Shown: positions 59,335 through 64,000 of the stretch, in pieces
Numbering within the stretch: the first letter of the stretch is position 1
Layout: each line of letters begins with the position of its first letter
Assembly (NCBI GenBank): GCA_965231135.1
Contig: OZ246419.1
Span: 184,754-248,753 of the forward strand
DNA from: an uncultured Gammaproteobacteria bacterium
Lineage (GTDB): Bacteria > Patescibacteriota > Microgenomatia > UBA8517
Reading direction: 5' to 3'
DNA: 64,000 bases
Translations under genes and position numbers: made by a program
The notes under the pieces: model-generated
Told to the model about the DNA's origin: nothing
Seen by the model: only the letters and a program-made list of their open reading frames with translations
Database searches by the model: none

Positions 59335-60076
59335 TTTAAAAACAGAGGCAGAAATGCAAATAATGCTTGAAGGAGGCAAAAAACTTGGAAGAGTTAAAAA
59401 AGCATTGGGTAAAGCAGTAAAACCTGGAGTTAATGCCATGGAAATTGAAAACCTAGCCCGCAAACTTATTAAAGAAGAAGGGGCTAAGGGAAGCTTTGAT
59501 AAAGTACCTCACTATAAATGGGTGACTTGTATTAATGTAAATGACGGAGTTGTTCATGGCATTCCAAAAGAAACAACTATTTTTAAAGAAGGAGATGTTG
59601 TGAGCGTTGATGTGGGAATTTATTATAAAGGATTTCATACTGACACAGCTTTGACTGTATATTTAGGTAAAGATCAGGGCAAAAAGGATTTTTTGGCTTA
59701 CGGAAGAAAGGCGGATTTAGCTGGGATTGCCCAAGTGAAAAAAGGGAAAACTATTGGAGATATAGCGAAAGCTATTGAGAAGGAACTAATTGCACATAAT
59801 TTGAGGCCGATTTGGGTACTTACAGGACATGGTGTGGGGCATGAATTACACGAAGAGCCTTCTATTCCTAATTATTTTAGCGATGATCCTGTTATGGATT
59901 TGGTTATAGGAGAGGGAATGGTGCTTGCAGTTGAGGTGATGTATACGCCTGGAGATGGCGAAATTCGGCAGGATAAAGACGGGTGGACACTACGCACAAA
60001 AGATGGTACAATAGCAGGACTTTGGGAAGAGACCGTAGCGATAACTAGCCGCGGTCCTATTGTGTTAACTGAATGA
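59321..60076 (+). CDS. map: methionine aminopeptidase
   Basis: VVHGIP, DVG...GFHTD, GHGVG..LHE. Confidence 0.96.
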   Translation: MRKISLKTEAEMQIMLEGGKKLGRVKKALGKAVKPGVNAMEIENLARKLIKEEGAKGSFDKVPHYKWVTCINVNDGVVHGIPKETTIFKEGDVVSVDVGIYYKGFHTDTALTVYLGKDQGKKDFLAYGRKADLAGIAQVKKGKTIGDIAKAIEKELIAHNLRPIWVLTGHGVGHELHEEPSIPNYFSDDPVMDLVIGEGMVLAVEVMYTPGDGEIRQDKDGWTLRTKDGTIAGLWEETVAITSRGPIVLTE

Positions 60077-60288
60077 AAACGACTAATACAGAAATTTTTG
60101 AAGGGGAAGTACGAGAAGCGCTGCCAAATACAATGTTTAGGATAGTTTTGGCAGATGGTCGTGTGATTCTGGCAACACTTACTGGAAAAATGAGAAGAGG
60201 GTTTGTGAGAGTTTTTCCGGGAGATAGAGTGAAAGTAGAAATGACGCCTTACGATAAAGATCGAGGACGTATAGTTTGGAAGAGATAG
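60073..60288 (+). CDS. infA: translation initiation factor IF-1
   Basis: EALPNTMF, GDRVKVEMTPYD. Confidence 0.97.
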   Translation: MKTTNTEIFEGEVREALPNTMFRIVLADGRVILATLTGKMRRGFVRVFPGDRVKVEMTPYDKDRGRIVWKR

Positions 60289-60300
60289 AAAGGAAAATAT

Positions 60301-60414
60301 ATGAAAGTTAAATCGTCAATAAAAGTAATGTGTAAAGATTGTAAAATTGTTAAACGTAAAGGATTTCTGTATGTGATTTGCAAAAATCCTAAGCACAAAC
60401 AAAGACAGGGTTAA
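60301..60414 (+). CDS. rpmJ: 50S ribosomal protein L36 (not in ORF track)
   Basis: Manual translation [37 protein letters not shown]. Confidence 0.97.
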   Translation: MKVKSSIKVMCKDCKIVKRKGFLYVICKNPKHKQRQG

Positions 60415-60420
60415 AAAAAT

Positions 60421-60840
60421 ATGGCAAGACTAGCTGGAATAGAAATGAACGACAATTTGAGACTCGCATACGCGTTAACGCGTATTAATGGTATTGGCTG
60501 GAGCAAATCAGAGGAAATTATGAAAGCTTTAAAAATGGATGAAAGCAAAAGATTAAAAGATTTAGGTCCTGATGATTTTTCTGTAATTACAACAAAACTT
60601 GATGAATATACAACTGAGGGAGATTTAGTAAGACAGATAAGAGGAAATATAGCAAGACTTCGAGAAATTGGAACGTACCGCGGAACAAGACATGCAAAAG
60701 CGCTTCCTGTACGAGGACAGCGAACAAGAACAAACGCACGTACAAAGCGAGGAAAACGTAAGACTGTTGGAGCATTTAAGAAAGAAGTTTTAACAAAGAT
60801 GGACACAACCGCAAAGGAGGATGCAAATGCCAAGAAGTAA
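60421..60840 (+). CDS. rpsM: 30S ribosomal protein S13
   Basis: MARLAG, LPVRGQRTRTNARTKRG. Confidence 0.98.
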   Translation: MARLAGIEMNDNLRLAYALTRINGIGWSKSEEIMKALKMDESKRLKDLGPDDFSVITTKLDEYTTEGDLVRQIRGNIARLREIGTYRGTRHAKALPVRGQRTRTNARTKRGKRKTVGAFKKEVLTKMDTTAKEDANAKK

Positions 60841-61201
60841 TGATAAGCGTTTATCGCAAGATAAAGGTAAAGCATATATTTATGCTTCGTTTAATAACAC
60901 ACTTGTAACTATTACTGATGATGAAGGAAGAACACTTTCTTGGGGAAGTAGCGGTAAAAGCGGATTTAAAGGAACACGCAAAGCAACACCATTTGCAGCA
61001 ACAACTGCAGTTGAGAGTGTTACAAAAACAGCAAAAGATAAAGGAATTTCTGAAGTTGAAGTTTATATTAAAGGACCTGGACCAGGGCGAGATGCAGCAC
61101 TTCGAGCAATTCGAGCAGCTAACATGAAAATTTCTATGATAGCTGATCTTACACCACAGCCATTTGACGGACCGAGACCAAAGAAAAGGAGAAGAGGGTA
61201 A
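60827..61201 (+). CDS. rpsK: 30S ribosomal protein S11
   Basis: ASFNNT, FKGTRKATPFAA, GPGPGR. Confidence 0.97.
   Translation: MPRSNDKRLSQDKGKAYIYASFNNTLVTITDDEGRTLSWGSSGKSGFKGTRKATPFAATTAVESVTKTAKDKGISEVEVYIKGPGPGRDAALRAIRAANMKISMIADLTPQPFDGPRPKKRRRG
60842..60865 (+). repeat. divergent double-hairpin element candidate in rpsK 5' end
   Basis: GATAA-GCGT-TTATC-GCAA-GATAA; 18 nt between GATAA repeats. Confidence 0.5.
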
Positions 61202-61202
61202 T

Positions 61203-61805
61203 ATGGCACGTTATACAGGACCACTCGACAGATTAAGCAGACGAGAGAATTTCGATTTGTTTAGTAAGGGAGCTAAATTAACTCGCCTTTCACAGACCCC
61301 TGGAATGCACGGACCAAAAGGACAAATGAGAGCGCAATCTCAATTTGGACGCCAACTTCGCGAGAAACAGAAAGTAAAGAGAATGTATGGAATATTGGAA
61401 CGTCAATTTGCAAAATATATGGAGGCAGCACTTAAATTTAAAGGAAACTCTGCAAATGAACTTTTCGTGCTACTTGAAAGTAGACTTGATAATGTAGTAT
61501 ACAGACTTGGATTTGCAAAGACCCGCCCACAGGCCCGCCAGCTTGTATCACATAGGCATGTGTTAGTTAACGGAAAAACTGTTAATATTCCATCATATCA
61601 ATTGAAACCTGGAGATACAGTTGCACTTGATCAGTCTGCAATGACTGTGCCTAATGTTTCTAAGTTACTTGCTGATAAGGAACCAACAATTCCAGGCTGG
61701 TTAAATAGAAAAGCAGGAGCTGGAAAAGTCGAGAGAACAGTAAAAAGAGACGATATTAAGGAATTAATTAATGAATCTGATATAATAGAGTTTTACTCTA
61801 GATGA
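61203..61805 (+). CDS. rpsD: 30S ribosomal protein S4
   Basis: MARYTGP, LESRLDNVVYR, ARQLVSH, IIEFYSR. Confidence 0.98.
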   Translation: MARYTGPLDRLSRRENFDLFSKGAKLTRLSQTPGMHGPKGQMRAQSQFGRQLREKQKVKRMYGILERQFAKYMEAALKFKGNSANELFVLLESRLDNVVYRLGFAKTRPQARQLVSHRHVLVNGKTVNIPSYQLKPGDTVALDQSAMTVPNVSKLLADKEPTIPGWLNRKAGAGKVERTVKRDDIKELINESDIIEFYSR

Positions 61806-61820
61806 AAAGAGGTGAATTTT

Positions 61821-62735
61821 ATGGAGCCAATGTTTGAAATTACAGAAGAAAAACAAGGAGATAATTATTCTAAATTTATAATTTCTCCTCTTCCATATGG
61901 TTATGGAAATACTTTGGGAGTAGCCCTTCGCAGGGTTTTACTTTCGAGTCTTAAAGGATCAGCTATTACTCAAGTTAAGATTGCTGGAGTTAAACATCAA
62001 TTTTCAAGCCTTACAGGAATGAAAGAAGATGTCTTAGACTTTTTGCTTAATCTTAAAAAAGTGAGATTTACTAATGTAAGCGAAACTGCGAAAGCAACAC
62101 TTGATGTAACAACAAGCGGTGAAGTGAAAGCAGGCGACATTAAAGTCTCAGGAGGAGTTAAAGTAGCAAATCCTGATTTAGTTTTGGCAAACCTTTCAAA
62201 AGGAGCAAAATTATCAGCAGCCTTAACTATTGAAAGTGGAGTTGGATATTCTCCATTTGAAGAAAGAGTCAAAGAGGGCGTTGGAGTTATTGCTCTTGAT
62301 GCGCTTTTTTCACCAATTGTTCGAGTTAACTACAAAGTTGAAGAAACTCGTGTTGGACGAATTACCAATTACGATAAACTTTCAATGGAAGTCTGGACTG
62401 ATGGAACAATTAAACCAAATGAAGCAGTAAAAGCTGCATCAAATATTTTAGTTTCTTGCTTTAATCAAATCGTTAACCCTAAAGAAGTTAGCAAAAAAGT
62501 TGATGCTGAAGTAAAGACAGTTTCCGGACTTGGACAAGTTGGAAAACTTTCAGTTGAAGAAATCGGACTTCCAACAAGAGTAGCTAATGCTCTTGCAAAA
62601 GCCGGTTATGAAACAGTTGAAAAACTTGTTAATGCCAAACGCGAAGATTTAATGCATGTACGAAATCTTGGAGAGAAATCTTTGAAGATAATCCGCGCAG
62701 CATTAATGGAGAAAGGAGTGGAGTTTAATGTATAA
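61821..62735 (+). CDS. rpoA: RNA polymerase alpha subunit
   Basis: GYGNTLGVALRRVLLSS, DALFSP, RNLGEKS. Confidence 0.98.
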   Translation: MEPMFEITEEKQGDNYSKFIISPLPYGYGNTLGVALRRVLLSSLKGSAITQVKIAGVKHQFSSLTGMKEDVLDFLLNLKKVRFTNVSETAKATLDVTTSGEVKAGDIKVSGGVKVANPDLVLANLSKGAKLSAALTIESGVGYSPFEERVKEGVGVIALDALFSPIVRVNYKVEETRVGRITNYDKLSMEVWTDGTIKPNEAVKAASNILVSCFNQIVNPKEVSKKVDAEVKTVSGLGQVGKLSVEEIGLPTRVANALAKAGYETVEKLVNAKREDLMHVRNLGEKSLKIIRAALMEKGVEFNV

Positions 62736-63078
62736 AAAAGTTTACGGGAAAAAACTTTCCCGCGATACTGATACAAGACAAGCTCTTTTTCGGTCTTTGA
62801 TTGTCTCTTTGATTCTTAATGGAAAAATTGAGACAACAAAGACTAAAGCGAAAGCTATTCAGGCTGATGTAGATAAACTATTTACACTTGTAGCTAAAGA
62901 CAATGTTGCAAATCGAAGACTCGTTTTATCAAAGCTTGCTAATGATAGTGTCGCTATGGAAAAGATCTTTTCTTTGAAAAAGAAAACGGAAGAAAGGAAA
63001 TCTGGATTTACCAGAATTACTGTACTTCCTAATAGAAGAGGAGATAATGCACCAATGGTGCGAATGGAATTTGTATGA
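62728..63078 (+). CDS. rplQ: 50S ribosomal protein L17
   Basis: KLSRD...R, IETT..KAK, RRGDNAPM. Confidence 0.96.
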   Translation: MYKKVYGKKLSRDTDTRQALFRSLIVSLILNGKIETTKTKAKAIQADVDKLFTLVAKDNVANRRLVLSKLANDSVAMEKIFSLKKKTEERKSGFTRITVLPNRRGDNAPMVRMEFV

Positions 63079-63503
63079 TGAAGAATTTGTTTGTTTCATA
63101 CCAACCTAAAGCAAAAGAAGTAAAAAGAGACTGGAAGCTATTTGATGCAAAAGATCAAGTACTTGGCAGACTTGCAACTCAAATAGCAATGTCTCTTATG
63201 GGTAAAACTAAAGCTACCTACAGCCCACATATGGACAATGGAGATAATGTGGTTGTAATTAATGCAGCAGAAATTACTGTAACAGGCAAAAAAGCTGAAC
63301 AAAAGAGATATTACGGACATTCAGGATATCCTGGAGGATTTAAAGATATATCTTATGCTCATATGAAGGCAACTCATCCAGAAAGAATAATTGAATTAGC
63401 TGTAAAAAGAATGTTACCTGAAAATCGTTTGAGAGATAAAAGAATGGCAAGACTTTTTATAAGCAATGATAGTAATAATCCAAAGAAGGAAATGTTTAAA
63501 TAA
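63075..63503 (+). CDS. rplM: 50S ribosomal protein L13
   Basis: LGRLA, GDNVVVINA, HSGYPGG. Confidence 0.98.
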   Translation: MMKNLFVSYQPKAKEVKRDWKLFDAKDQVLGRLATQIAMSLMGKTKATYSPHMDNGDNVVVINAAEITVTGKKAEQKRYYGHSGYPGGFKDISYAHMKATHPERIIELAVKRMLPENRLRDKRMARLFISNDSNNPKKEMFK

Positions 63504-63931
63504 TGGCAACTAAAAAGAATTACACTTATGGAGTAGGTAAGCGAAAAAACGCTTCTGCAAGAGTGCGACTTTATAAGCAAAGCTTGCACGGCGATGCCGG
63601 TAAAGGAAGCGAGGAAAATACAGTAAACGGACAAGTTGTCGGAAAATATTTTCCAGGAGATGCTGCAAGAGTTTCCTGGAGCAAACCGCTTGAACTACTG
63701 ATGTTAACTGATAAATATTTCTTTACAGCAAGAGTTACTGGAGGAGGAAAAGAAGGACAACTTGATGCAGTAGTTCATGGGCTTTCAAGAGCTCTTTCAA
63801 AAGTAAAAACAGAACACCGTCAGCCTCTTAAAAAAGCAGGACTCTTGAAAAGAGATTCAAGAGAACGCGAAAGAAGAAAGATGAACACTGGTGGAAAAGC
63901 GAGACGTCGTAAGCAATCTCCAAAACGTTAA
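63503..63931 (+). CDS. rpsI: 30S ribosomal protein S9
   Basis: GKRKNASARV, GGGKEGQ, ARRRKQSPKR. Confidence 0.97.
   Translation: MATKKNYTYGVGKRKNASARVRLYKQSLHGDAGKGSEENTVNGQVVGKYFPGDAARVSWSKPLELLMLTDKYFFTARVTGGGKEGQLDAVVHGLSRALSKVKTEHRQPLKKAGLLKRDSRERERRKMNTGGKARRRKQSPKR
63573..63603 (+). repeat. double-hairpin element inserted in frame in rpsI
   Basis: ATAAGC-AAA-GCTTGC-A-CGGC-GAT-GCCG-GTAA; 27 nt between TAA repeats. Confidence 0.8.
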
Positions 63932-64000
63932 TTCTTTTTTGCAACTAAAATAATTCTTTGCTGGTTTTTACCTGATTTAGTTTGACCAATAAAATTATTT

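Noticed and set aside
4702-63603. Hairpin repeats as a CRISPR array or ordinary Rho-independent terminators
   Set aside because: They are dispersed with no regular spacers and no cas genes. They lack U-tracts, and several lie inside CDSs or within operons.
379-63634. Many short antisense or overlapping ORFs in the six-frame track
   Set aside because: They are shadows of well-supported genes, with no motifs and no independent start signals.
1-64000. tRNA/rRNA genes, introns/inteins, or alternative genetic code 25
   Set aside because: No cloverleaf or rRNA-like stretch was seen and intergenic gaps are tiny. Core proteins have no large insertions, and TGA ends conserved genes (dnaK, nusA, rpsD).

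Overview
AT-rich core-genome segment in genetic code 11 from a reduced bacterium, most likely Patescibacteria (CPR, Microgenomates-like). This is inferred from the missing rpmD, the minimised IF2, AlaRS and L18, and the CPR-style surface proteins. It contains a pilN-pilO/surface-protein operon, murJ, the hrcA-grpE-dnaK...dnaJ heat-shock locus with three CIRCE sites, nusA-infB, rpsO-pnp, a protease-less Lon-like ATPase-udg-rnj, ftsK, a P1B-ATPase, a truncated alaS, sortase-ruvX-mltG, a single fused rpoB-rpoC ORF, and the str/S10/spc/alpha/rplM-rpsI ribosomal clusters. About 11 orphan ORFs are wedged between core genes. The most unusual signal is a dispersed family of 23-36 nt double-hairpin elements (ATAAGC-loop-GCTTGT-stem-loop-ATAA), with 10 clear copies and 1-2 divergent ones. 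All are oriented with transcription. They sit on stop codons, on a -10 box, or in frame inside RpoB, RNase J and S9 (possibly also S11), and appear to duplicate an ATAA target. Many genes also have a -10 box only 5-8 nt before the start codon, suggesting leaderless mRNAs. All calls are by eye; no database searches were run.
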